A stretch of DNA of 62,880 nucleotides, counting the filler, from Octopus bimaculoides (taxonomy: Eukaryota), in the NCBI RefSeq assembly GCF_001194135.2. It is 6 parts of 6 records of this genome, joined end to end, with 100 filler letters (N's around TTAATTAATTAA, not from the genome) between each part and the next. Parts side by side here need not be neighbours in the genome. Positions count along the whole stretch, not along the records: positions 26,072 to 42,932 come from NC_068999.1; 5 more parts are not named here. One strand, written 5' to 3'. The stretch's first letter is position 1, and every line of letters begins with the position of its first letter. Under the pieces are notes generated by a model. It was not told where the DNA came from, searched no databases, and saw only the letters and a program-made list of their open reading frames with translations. Made by a program: the position numbers and the translations under genes. Below, piece by piece: positions 26,112 through 38,499 of the stretch.

Positions 26112-26799
26112 CATGAATAGACAGATGGATATAAATAGAGATAGATATACAATGCGTTTGCTAACATACCTGTGTTTACATGTAGATTTGCAGCAACTCT
26201 GTATTTTGTAAATTGTATATTACTAATTTGGAACGTAATTAAATAGTCGAAGTAGAACAGTTACAAAGCAATTGATTATTTCCATAATTTTTTACAAAAT
26301 ACTCGCTTCATTTTCCTTCATATGAGGCGTGCAAACATTTGTGTCCGTATTACTTGTGATTTCATATCGCATAGAATTTTTTTGATATTTCATATTACCC
26401 TACTAATCATACTAATCATTTTAAATCAGTAGCAATCAACACAATCATATTACAAATTAAGATTGGTGTGATACTATAAGTAAAAATATATAGTAAATTA
26501 AAAATCACCTCCGAAATACTCTCTACAAAAAATATATGAATAAATAAATATACACGGCCAAATTCTCTTCCAGCGATTATTATCACTATATTAATCGATG
26601 TCAAACGTGTTTTGTCTTTTTTTGCTGATTGTTGTTTTCTTTCGGTACATAAACATTAACCATTCGGCACATTAAGTTAGAGTTTGAGAGATAATTTAGG
26701 AGATATAAAAATCATTATAATGGACGGCTAAGATATTATAATGAATATCACATCCATCAAATTTGGAATATAGCAGAGAAAACAAGAAAACATTTCTAT

Positions 26800-27194
26800 A
26801 TCATCATGATCATTATGATCAGCATCATGATCATGAACATGATCACCATGATCATCACTACCACCACTACCACCACCACTACCAACAACAACAACACCAA
26901 CACCACCACAGCCACAACAACCACCACCACAACCACCATGGCCGTTGCCGTCGTCGTAGTCGTCGTCGTCGTCATCATCATCATCTACGTTTTTTTCGAT
27001 TTTTTTGTTCTTTACAACTTACTTGATGCTTGGCTATTGTCGATGTTGTTATTGTTGTTGTTGTTCTACTTCTGCTTCCACTGCTTCCCCTCCTTCCCCT
27101 TCTTCTTCTTCCCATTCTTCTTCTTCTTCTTCTCCTTCTTCTTCTCCTTCTTCTTCTCCTTCTTTTTCTTCTTCTTCTTATCCTTCTTCTTCTT

Positions 27195-27272
<78 letters not shown>

Positions 27273-27324
27273 TTTCATCAGTATCGTCATCATCGTCATC
27301 GTCGTTGTCGTTGTCATCATCAAT

Positions 27325-27377
<53 letters not shown>

Positions 27378-27520
27378 TATCATCATCATCACCATCATCG
27401 TTATCGTCATCATCAACATCATAATCAACATCATCATCATCATCATCGTCATCATCATCATCATCATCATAATCATCATCATCAGCGGCAGCATTGAAAC
27501 CACGATCCGTCGTCATCAAT
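26800..27520. repeat. Compound trinucleotide low-complexity tract (CAT/CAC/CAA/CGT/TGT/CTT/TAT/CAT)
   Basis: Successive triplet runs; produce homopolymeric ORFs on both strands. Confidence 0.95.
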
Positions 27521-27884
27521 AAAATCTTCATTGCTTTACTATTGGTAATATGTAGTTTTTTGTTGTTATCATTGATGCTGCTATTTTTAATCATAAATGT
27601 GAATTATTATTATTAATGGTGTTCATTTTAAATCTGTGTTATTTTCTGTTTAGTTTTGGTAGATTGAAATCAATATTGTCTGTTTTATATTATCTATTCA
27701 TGTCACATTTGTCAAATTATTTAAGCATCACAGAATCAATCGTTCGTTCAAAAATCGCTGATGAGACGTTTGGAATATTATATAGTTAAGATTTACTAAA
27801 TACATCATAAAAAAAAGTCATTTAAACATGTGTAGTTATATACAAATCTATGCATGTATATATGCATATATACATACACACACC

Positions 27885-27950
<66 letters not shown>

Positions 27951-28011
27951 CATATATAGTTCACGCTTGATAACATACCAATGGTTTTTTCTAAACTATT
28001 ACTTTACACAT

Positions 28012-28045
<34 letters not shown>

Positions 28046-28049
<4 letters not shown>

Positions 28050-29030
28050 ATTGCTTCCTCTTGAGAGATGATAGCTGTCTCATCAACACACACTATACCG
28101 CATCACGCCGTACAATCACTCCGTTGATGAGCGCACAGATGGCTTTTACGACCAGCTGCTGCCTGACAGGATTTAAAATGCAAATGACAGAAGTTACTTC
28201 TATATCTTTGCCCCTTGAAATCTGATTTTGATGGGATTATTTTGTGAAGTAGAATATGTCCTTTAAGTCCAGATATTGTCTTACAAGCTTTTTGGCACAC
28301 CACACAAGTAGTAAGAGGTGGTTGGTGTCCAAGGCCATAACCTATCTTAGCATTACTATTTTCATGTGCCTTTATGTGGTTCATGTATCCTGTCTTTCAC
28401 AAAAGAATATGGTCACATAAAATACATATCCAATGTTCACTGTTAACTACAGCTCCAATTCTTGCTTTGAGACATGCTCTTTTCAGTTCATAGTGCTGTA
28501 TATTTTTTTTTCTCCTATGTATTGCAACCTTTCCTAACAGCACCTCTCCACTTGTTCCGATCTACAGTATCATTTTCCAAATCATTTTTGTTCATATGTA
28601 GTTTCTTCAGGTTTTCCTACGTAGTCTTTATATGTTTTCCTCATCTTATGTTGTGGTTGTTTACTAGATTTGAGCTCACCATATAAAAGACGCTTTGGCA
28701 AACGCTCATCTTTTATTCTAATACGATGTCCAGTCCATCTCATTTGAGCCAAGATAACATATTGTTCAATTGAGCTGCAACGTGCCATGCGCAAAATCTC
28801 TGTATGGGGTATGAAACATTCCCACTTGACTCATAAGATATGTCTGAGACACTTTTGCTCAAATCTCTGCAAAATGTTTATGTGACGTTTGTAAGTGGTC
28901 CATGTCTCACTTGAATAAAGAAGTGCAGACTACATACGCTTTAGAGTTGCTGATTTTTGTCTCCGGGGAAATAAATGTATCCGCCCATACTCGCCTTTCG
29001 AGCCCTCCAATTGCAACATTTTCCTTCCAT
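28046..29030 (-). mobile_element. 5'-truncated RTE-clade non-LTR retrotransposon (post-RT region, C-terminal zinc fingers, 3' end)
   Basis: ALLYSSETWTTYKRHINILQRFEQKCLRHIL*VKW...AQMRWTGHRIRIKDERLPKRLLYGEL matches RTE LLYGxETW / QLRWAGHVxRMxDxRLPKxLLYGEL. CVVCQKACKTISGLKGHILLH is a CX2CX12HX3H finger. Ends at a (TA)n run. Confidence 0.92.
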
Positions 29031-29082
29031 ATTCAATAGTATATATATAGTTGAAATTCGTTTATTTCTCAGTAATTGAAAT

Positions 29083-29136
29083 CTGGTCCTACTGAGGAAC
29101 TGACGGAAGATGTTCAGTCAAACGAAACGTCACCGG
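29083..29136 (+). ncRNA. Degenerate type I hammerhead-like motif
   Basis: ctggt-ccta-CTGAGGA-actga..tcagt-caaac-GAAACGTC-accgg; insertions on both sides of the core. Confidence 0.35.
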
Positions 29137-29559
29137 CTTTAATTTTTCAGCCCAGCTCTTATTCTATCGGAAAGTGTGTGGCAAATCGGTAATTTAAGGG
29201 GACTTAAACGAATCAAGAAGTTCTCAATCTGTGATGAATGATAAAGACAAACGCAAACCCAGATAAGCTCAAACACACACATACTCAAATCGACACACAC
29301 ATACACACGACAGGACTGTTTCAGTTTCAATTACCCATGCACGCTGTCCATTCTCTTGTCGAGATAATTACTGAAAGTGGCATGCACTAGTCATGTATAC
29401 GTTACCATGCGGATGGGAATCTAGCTGCTAATTACACTACCATAAAAGGGAAAATATTCGATGTATTTAACTGAACGCTTATTTTCACGATAGTTGTTTT
29501 ACTTTGAAGACATTTTAAATGAGTGTTATCCCTAATTTATAACATATATTGTTTTTCAT

Positions 29560-29850
29560 AAAATTCCTTAAGTCAATGTTGTTGTATCGATCTGACAGAT
29601 GGACCCTGACACGAGCACTCGCAAAGAAGCTAAGTGGTGCATACACTAAATGGTGTAGGATTGCGCAATACAGAAACCGGTGTGAACGTACTACAAATGA
29701 AAGTGTAGATGGAAACTTACCATTGTTGAAGAAGTAAGCCGGAAGATATACGCTGTGGAAGGCAACTCACGGGAGACGCAGTAGAAGAAGAGCATCAAAG
29801 CAAATCTCAGAAGATATAACCCTCACTATGATGCACTTCCCATGAGCGGC
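29560..29850 (+). mobile_element. Second RTE-like LINE fragment
   Basis: SMLLYRSDRWTLTRALAKKLSGAYTKW...TTNESVDGNLP matches SVLLYGSETWTLTKxLEKRLDGxYTRM...TNExLYGNLP. Confidence 0.75.
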
Positions 29851-31035
29851 GGAAACATTCTAAACGTGGAGTGAGTCTACCAAGGAATTTTGATAGAGGT
29901 GATAAAGATTAATTTAATAAAATATGTTGGTTTTCAATTTAGTGCACGAATATCAATTGATTATTCGCAGTTATAATACATCCATCCATGAATCCATATA
30001 TCCATCCATCTCTCCATACATACATACACGCCCGCACGCACATATGCACACACACATGTGTATGTATATATGAAGAGATCGAAACATTAACAGGAGAGGA
30101 GAGAGAGATTAGTTTTGTATACGCGTAAGTAAGAATATTTTTAAATAAAATCAATTTATGAAAATTTGCCCGAAACAATTATTGTTTCCTACTTTTATTC
30201 GTTATTATGTTTGTATGGACAAATACAGGAATATCAGTTTCCAATCTATTGTCTAAACTATTGAAGATATATATTTATTATATTATATTTCATGTAATAT
30301 TATCATATTTAACATCATGCACTTTTCGTTTGAATAGGAAAACACAATATATATTTAATCAATATTTAATTAATTTAAAATTAATTAATATTCTATTATT
30401 TTTCTCGTAAATCTGTCTAGTGATTTTTAATTTCCTTTCCACATATTTTATGCCATCCGATTGTTCACTAAATAAGCTAGACGCATTTTTCTCCTACATA
30501 TAGTCTAGTGTACTTTCGTTCGCTAAAAGACTATTTGCTTCTATTCTTATCCCACACCTCCACTCGCTGTCTAGCAATATTCAAATTTAAAATCGAAAGA
30601 AAACTTTCAGTTTAAATTTCAGGGGTTCAATCTAATGAGTAACTTCATTAATATAACATTGACTACATATAATTAGTCAATCATGTGAGTGGAAATGATA
30701 TGCTAGCCAAATTAGTCAAGCTACTGCACGACAGACGTAGACATTATTCATTTTTCTACTATTTACTAGCGCAACTTATATCGCTGTTCACGGGCCATTT
30801 CCACTGATCGAGATTCCACTCATTACTATATAAGTTAGAAATTACATTCCGTGTACAGGAAACATTTTTACTTCTTCTATACAACATTTCCACAAATAAT
30901 GCAACTGCGACTACAAAATTTTATATTCTATTTCTACTTTCATTCTGTTATTTTCCTCAATATTCCCTATCTCCACCTTTCCCATAATACTTCCATTTTT
31001 GAAGTGAAATATGTACCTCCATTCAAACATCTCAC

Positions 31036-31084
31036 AACGTTTCTGATGACGGGATATCCCAAAATCCCAAAACAGGTGTAATAC
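31036..31084 (+). ncRNA. Degenerate minimal type I hammerhead (Penelope-like terminus)
   Basis: gttt-CTGATGA-c-GGGAT..ATCCC-aAAAC-aggt-GTA-atac; G12 mutated to A. Confidence 0.45.
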
Positions 31085-32659
31085 TATATATATATATATA
31101 TATATTTATTTAAAAATATAAATAAAAATAAATATTTCGAGAATAAATGTTTGATTTATTACCCTTATTAGGTTTTATTCACGCTAGCTAATTTATAAAT
31201 TCTTGTAAAATAGTTCATCCTATTATTGAATGTGTATATATATACCTCCACCATTCCGAAGGTGGATGGAATAAAGTTAATTTTCTTATAACTTTCATAT
31301 GATAAATATTTGATGTTTAATTCCATGTGAATTATTTATTTAGAATTTCTGATAATTTTCAGGAAACTATATTTAGTATTATAGAATTATTACCAATGTT
31401 TATTTGATGAATTTAGTACATAACACGAAATCATAGGGAAACCATTTATCGTCCTAACAAATAAGGAAATTATACCTTGAAATACACAACCGAAACACAA
31501 TGTTTATGGACGTAAGATTATGATATTTCCTTAAAAATAAATATCCCAGTCTGGAAAACGCTCGATATTGTTCGGAATTTATAATGATAAATGAGAAAAT
31601 GCTCTCTTAAACACATGTAACAATTTTGCTCAATTGAAGATGCAACAAGAATTATAATGTGCTGTAGTTTATATTCCCGTCTTTCTTTATAAATAGCATA
31701 TATACATATATTAAATGATAAAACATTACCCTAATACCTCCTGAAACATTACCCTAAAACCAAAACAAACCCCAATACACATTCAACGAAGACGAAGTTG
31801 AAACAATACAAAGACGGGTCAGAAATCGAATTTCATTCGGTGCAAATATTTTCCACTACATTTAATTTATATTTGTATGTATTCATGTGTGCGCGCACGC
31901 GCGTGTGCATAGGCGTACAAAAGCGTGTATGCCAAAGTAATCACTATCAATTTACCAACATTTTGGTGAGTAATTATATAACTCTGCACCTAAGATGGCA
32001 ACATATTCAATATGATATTTTTTTATGGTGGCTCAACTATAGTATTTTGTGCTGCAGATATTAGATAAGATATAAATGCTATATTAGGCGTTCCTAACAT
32101 CCTATTTTGAACTCGCATTAGAGCATGCTAGCGATACTTGCATCAAATTTATTATAAATAAAATGAATAAATTTGCAATAAATATTCCTGTAAAATTAAA
32201 GTGTTATCATGAGTTCTGGAACAATTTGTAAAACAAAAAAGATATATGATTTGAATAAAGAGCAATATAAGATTCCTTGAGCGTAGATCAATAAAGATTT
32301 CAAAGTTTGTGAGTGAGAGCATCCAGTGGTAATTTATTCCCCCACCCCACGCCACCTCATAAAAACGCGCTCTTTTGAAGAGGTTATAGAATTAGTTTCC
32401 ATGTTGAAGAATGTAGCATAAATATATGCAGCAGCATTTAGAAACTACAATAAAAATTCACATCAGAAACTTAGAAAACTTGCGGAATTGTTATTAACGA
32501 GTTATATTTATTTATCACCGGAAGAGACACATCTGTACCGTCGGATGCTTCTGAACCAGTTAAATATTCCACTCCTGAGGGAGTGGTGCTAGATAAGTCG
32601 AACCACTTCTAGTAATTGATAAAAAATTCTCGTATCCTTCATCTTCCGTCTTTCATTTA

Positions 32660-32706
<47 letters not shown>

Positions 32707-33122
32707 NNNNNNNNNNNNNNNNNNNNNNNNNNNNNNNNNNNNNNNNNNNNNNNNNNNNNNNNNNNNNNNNNNNNNNNNNNNNNNNNNNNNNNNNNNNNNN
32801 NNNNNNNNNNNNNNNNNNNNNNNNNNNNNNNNNNNNNNNNNNNNNNNNNNNNNNNNNNNNNNNNNNNNNNNNNNNNNNNNNNNNNNNNNNNNNNNNNNNN
32901 NNNNNNNNNNNNNNNNNNNNNNNNNNNNNNNNNNNNNNNNNNNNNNNNNNNNNNNNNNNNNNNNNNNNNNNNNNNNNNNNNNNNNNNNNNNNNNNNNNNN
33001 NNNNNNNNNNNNNNNNNNNNNNNNNNNNNNNNNNNNNNNNNNNNNNNNNNNNNNNNNNNNNNNNNNNNNNNNNNNNNNNNNNNNNNNNNNNNNNNNNNNN
33101 NNNNNNNNNNNNNNNNNNNNNN

Positions 33123-34936
33123 CTGTTAATGTCTGCGGCCAACGAAAGAATCTTAGAGAAAATGATAACGTCAAGCGTTAAGAACACACGGGAACCCATT
33201 GGAATGTCGTGCACCTCACGAATTTCAGTGGCTTTAAACAGAAATATCAGGGACGTAACGTGTCAGATATAACAACTGTCAATTGCAATAGGTTTATCTA
33301 CTTATTCCAACACTTTCATAAGCGCACTATCCATTAATAAACTATTAAATGCACAACAGAATAAAAATATGGTAAAATCGACATTGTTTCAAATAAATGC
33401 AAGTTGCATAAATGACCGTTGATAGAAACTCTCTCCATCTATTGTGAATTACCTGGTATGAAGTTGCTGAATTCATCAACTGCATTTTTGTACACCCAGA
33501 GTATATTTTGAACAGCTAAAACGTTTAAAGAATGCGTAGAACGCATTAGCTAGAAAATTACAGTAATCCATGTAATTGCTCTTTACCTTTGTGCCCTATC
33601 CTATCAGTTCTTGCAATAATGAAAACGATGTCTTTCCTCACAGAACGTCGGCTATCTTTGTTCATATCTTTGCAACATCTGGCGTATTAATATATTTCAA
33701 GAGTAACCTGAACAACATCAGACTCACTGGCATGAAATTGGTTGTGAAAGTCGGAGACACTACTCTTTGCATCATACGGAACAAGTAATATGATGCAGGA
33801 AATAAGGTATCAGTAACTTGAAGCAAGAAATTACTGGAAAATGTGTAACAAAGGACAAATGTACTATACAACCTCCAGTCAACATAACACCGTATAATTT
33901 CGAGAAGGCATAAAAAGTAAACGAAGTATCTAAGGATTTGCAAATACAGACAGTGAATATTATGGACATTAAACACACAACAGACCAATGTTATGTCGGA
34001 AAGAACAAAACAAAGTATATATACTTCTGGTAAGAATATTTTCTGTATATGCACGAGGAGACAGCAAATGTACCATAGCGTTTTAAATTATAAACTGGTT
34101 TAAAATAGTTGAAAATAAAGATTATATTGTTTCATCTACCTGTAGTACTTGCGATCGAAACCTAAGTATGAACACCATTATAAATGCAATAACAAAACTC
34201 TCTTATGGTATAGGTTTAGGAAGAGCTAGATGCAGGACAAACCACATCAGTAAACCGAAATATAGTTATAATCTCTGGTATGAAAAATATTCATCATCCA
34301 TAATAACATGTAATTACAATGCAAATAATGTTGCCATACATTGACTCACAATAGCCCTCCTAATATAGACTTCGAGAGAGAGAATACTGTTTTCTAGAAT
34401 AACTTCGTTAATATTGCCTATCCGTGTAAAGCCGAAAGAAAGTTAGGTATTTCTTGCTGTTACATTTGTACATTTTCTTTAAGTACAAACCACTTCAAGA
34501 ACCTTGAACTCTTTCATGCCTGTTCACAAAGATTTATATTATTGTTATTGATGAAAAATGGATATATTTCTTCTCAAGCCATGAAGAGAAAAGATAATAA
34601 AAACAACCAATGCAACAGGACTAATAATAGGAAGTTCAGTGAATGTATAATAAAATTTACATTCACACTAATTTCTAGTTAGTTCAAAATATAGAAAATG
34701 ATACAAAGCAATTATTGATTTATATACACAGCAGTATATAAAGCCTTGTAATTATTTATGAAACTGTATTTATAATGACGCACGAAGCATTTAACTCCTA
34801 ACATCAAGTGTGTTATATGTTGATTCATTATTTTAATTAGATTTCCATACTCACCAGCATTGTATTTTATTTCAAGAACAAAACTACCAATGTTTTGGTC
34901 TATTGGAGTATTTCCGATTGAACAGTTATTTTTCAT
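33123..34936 (-). pseudogene. Unidentified fossil coding region
   Basis: One unbroken frame 34054-33123 (about 310 codons) has 9 stops, 6 of them TGA. Further coding-like frames run upstream to an ATG at 34936. Confidence 0.45.
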
Positions 34937-35314
34937 TGTTTTATTTGTTATTTCTTTTCTGGAAATATATTATTAGTGTCTGCATTGCCAAAATGATATA
35001 TTTGAAGATAAAATATCATAATAATATACGTACCACACAAACGAACCCAAATAGATTTTCACATGGGTAATTATGGGTGTTTGTCTTCCACTGTTTAGTC
35101 TCAAGTCATCCCTGATTGAGCAATACTCTGATCTCAAACATTCAAGACACTAGCAACCCGTACTTTATGAAAAAGTTTGTATACAAGATCATATTATCTA
35201 ACATTTCGTTTTCAAGACGTCAAGGGATAACGATTCGTTATTTGTAGCTGGCTGAACGTTTGCAGGTGTATGTGAAATCTTCATTGAGAAGCATAACGCT
35301 AACCAGCTTTTCAC

Positions 35315-35430
35315 CCAATACACTCATGTTCTGAATTCAAATTCCAGAGAGGTCCAATTTACTTTGTATACTTTCAGGGTTGATAAAGTAGGTAGAAACT
35401 GAACACTGGGGTAGAAGTAGTCGACTAACA
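35315..35430 (+). mobile_element. Degenerate SINE family B copy
   Basis: atgttctgaattcaaattccagagaggtccaatttactttgtatactttcagggttgataaagtagg...cactggggtagaagtagtcgact. Confidence 0.6.
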
Positions 35431-35781
35431 CCATTGAGCATATTCATTATGGAAATGAATACCTTTGCAATAAGAAAATAAAATTAAGTGTTAAATTAAT
35501 AAATTATGCTGAAAGATGATAGTCACGTTGTTACATAATATCAATATTGTACAGGCACGTTTACCTCATAAATGGATTTATTGTTAGATAAAAGTACCAT
35601 ACAAACTGTGGTCTGAATATAATGATGTTAATAACAGCAAGAACTAAAGGAAGCAAACGAAATTGAACGGAGACAAATCTTCATAAATGACGTAATTTTG
35701 TTCAATGACTGTCCTGTTTATCACGTGGATCGTTGTCGATTTATTTTTCCTCCTTCTTCCTTAGACATTCCTCTGCCTTCT

Positions 35782-35816
35782 GTTTCTGACGAAGACCTTT
35801 GCTCGAAACGTAGAAC
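35782..35816 (+). ncRNA. Minimal type I hammerhead ribozyme candidate (Penelope-like)
   Basis: GUUU-CUGACGA-A-GACC(UUU)GCUC-GAAAC-GUA-GAAC: all core nucleotides present, 4-bp stem I, stem II with one mismatch, palindromic ACGU stem III. Confidence 0.6.
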
Positions 35817-36324
35817 TACATTTCTTTCCTTCTCTGAGTGTCTGCTATCTACGTATGTATCTACGCATGCGTTCAAAGCACATGCATACATGTATGCAAG
35901 TATGTAGGGATGGATGGATGGATATACCTTAAGAAATGCAATATATTAATTAAGGTAGTTTGTTTTATGCCAGTACGTACGAGAGATTAGCTGCTTATAA
36001 TGTATATAATTTTTTACTTGATATTATAGCTATAGACTTTCTCAATATGCACTACATAACCTTATTTGAATTCGATATATATTTGTGTCAGTATTTTTCA
36101 TTCTCTTTTTCTTTCATTTCTCCATAGGCGTCAAGTGAAGCACACATCCAATTGACTGAATATTAGCATTATTTTATGCAAATTTCATCGTGAAAGTCTT
36201 ACAGTACGAAATTCGGAGATATTTTGCTTACGCTTGTAAGATATAACTTTATTCCTTCTTCTTATCTGCTATTCTCAACCTTTTTTCTAATTCTTCATAT
36301 GATGCGAATCACAAAGATGTCCTT

Positions 36325-36708
36325 TATATTCTATGCACTATTATGTTTCAAAAGTTCATGACAACATAATGAGAGTGATTTTGTATAGATTCTCTTATTT
36401 TCGTGCTTTCTATTTTTGATAAATTCTATCAATCTTTTATTACAAATGATTATTCGGCTTTAGATTTTGTTTTGTTTTCTTCGTTTGGTTTACAATGTTT
36501 GTGCTTCAGTATTAGTAAGAAATGCGGCTTTCAAGATAAGAAAAAATAAATTCGATTTAATTGTAAAATATATTTTCACCAGTAAATTTAAATTGCTTTT
36601 CCTGTCATTTCTAAAACATACATACTTATGAGAAATTTTCTATGCCAAAAAGGGAAACAATAACACACATAAACACACAATCTACGACATTTAAACACAT
36701 ACCTCTGG

Positions 36709-36771
<63 letters not shown>

Positions 36772-37263
36772 NNNNNNNNNNNNNNNNNNNNNNNNNNNNN
36801 NNNNNNNNNNNNNNNNNNNNNNNNNNNNNNNNNNNNNNNNNNNNNNNNNNNNNNNNNNNNNNNNNNNNNNNNNNNNNNNNNNNNNNNNNNNNNNNNNNNN
36901 NNNNNNNNNNNNNNNNNNNNNNNNNNNNNNNNNNNNNNNNNNNNNNNNNNNNNNNNNNNNNNNNNNNNNNNNNNNNNNNNNNNNNNNNNNNNNNNNNNNN
37001 NNNNNNNNNNNNNNNNNNNNNNNNNNNNNNNNNNNNNNNNNNNNNNNNNNNNNNNNNNNNNNNNNNNNNNNNNNNNNNNNNNNNNNNNNNNNNNNNNNNN
37101 NNNNNNNNNNNNNNNNNNNNNNNNNNNNNNNNNNNNNNNNNNNNNNNNNNNNNNNNNNNNNNNNNNNNNNNNNNNNNNNNNNNNNNNNNNNNNNNNNNNN
37201 NNNNNNNNNNNNNNNNNNNNNNNNNNNNNNNNNNNNNNNNNNNNNNNNNNNNNNNNNNNNNNN

Positions 37264-37313
<50 letters not shown>

Positions 37314-38409
37314 ATGTGCATCAGTGTCACAGTAAAATCAATTCATGTTTTAATATTTGTACAGAGAATGAGTTACCGTAATGTCTTCTTAAATCTCGAA
37401 TTAAATCCATTGTATTAAGTAATTATGCAGTACATTACTTTGAAGGAAAATTTTAAATACATGTTGCCGTTAACCATTTATTAAAGGAAAACTTATGTGT
37501 TTCTGCTTTATATAACTAATTAAAGTAACGCCTGGAAAGGAAAATAAGGCAATGTAAAATCACTCCAAAATGTGGATGTTAGTTAAATAAAACAGTAAAA
37601 CATATAGGAATTATTTTACCTCATATATACTTTGGTTGGGGTGTATAAGAATAATAATCTAAGTTTGCAAACGCAATTGAATATAAAAGAAATAGAAAAA
37701 TATATGTTTTTATTAAAGTTCAATAGAGTGTTATGTTCTAGAATTCGATTAAAAATAAAATTATTGGAATTTTGAAGGATTACATTTGCTTCAAGCTTAT
37801 GGACAGAAGGTTTGAGGCCGTAATATTTTCGTCTGTCTATTGAGAAAAAAAATATTCAATTTCGCTTTTGCATATTTTATTTAATATATATGAAAAAATC
37901 ACAGAAAAAGAATCTTAGCTGTAAATTCTTAACTGTAAGTGTATATATCAAAATGAAGGAAGCAAACAAAAGAAGTTTCAAATTTTTGTGAAGTAGAAAT
38001 ATATTAGTTATAAATCTATAGTAATCCCGAGAGACTACACAAGCATATTTTGCTAAATTTATCGGCATCAGAATATAATTTGTTCTTTTTGTTGGTGAAT
38101 TAGGGAAAACCAACACAAGTATGCACATAGAGTAAAACACACACGCAGCCGCCACACACACACGCCCATAAACACAAACTCATCTGTCAACACACATCTT
38201 AGAAACACATACATACACAAACATACACTCGTATGAATGTCTGTTTGTAGCCGCGCGTGTGTTAATAGTATTTCCCCATTTCCTTTCAGTAACGTTTAAA
38301 ATTTGCATACGCGGCTTAGGAACCGTAGGCAAATACGTTCATGTATAAGCCAAATTTCGCTGGAGGCCTGATCGGTTAAGTTAGTTGCAGTGAAAATATA
38401 TTAGCTTCC

Positions 38410-38499
<90 letters not shown>

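Noticed and set aside
26763-27594. His-, Met-, Asp-, Ser- and Lys-rich ORFs
   Set aside because: All arise from the compound triplet tract in several frames and on both strands at once.
28103-28384. Host C2H2 zinc-finger gene
   Set aside because: It continues from RTE post-RT sequence and ends at a retrotransposon-like 3' end; no TGEKP linkers.
32568-32594. ccactcc-tgag-ggagtgg hairpin followed by ctag as a Helitron 3' end
   Set aside because: The hairpin-to-CTAG spacing is 2 nt rather than about 8-12, the next base is not T, and the Helitron fragment is 14 kb away across a synthetic join.
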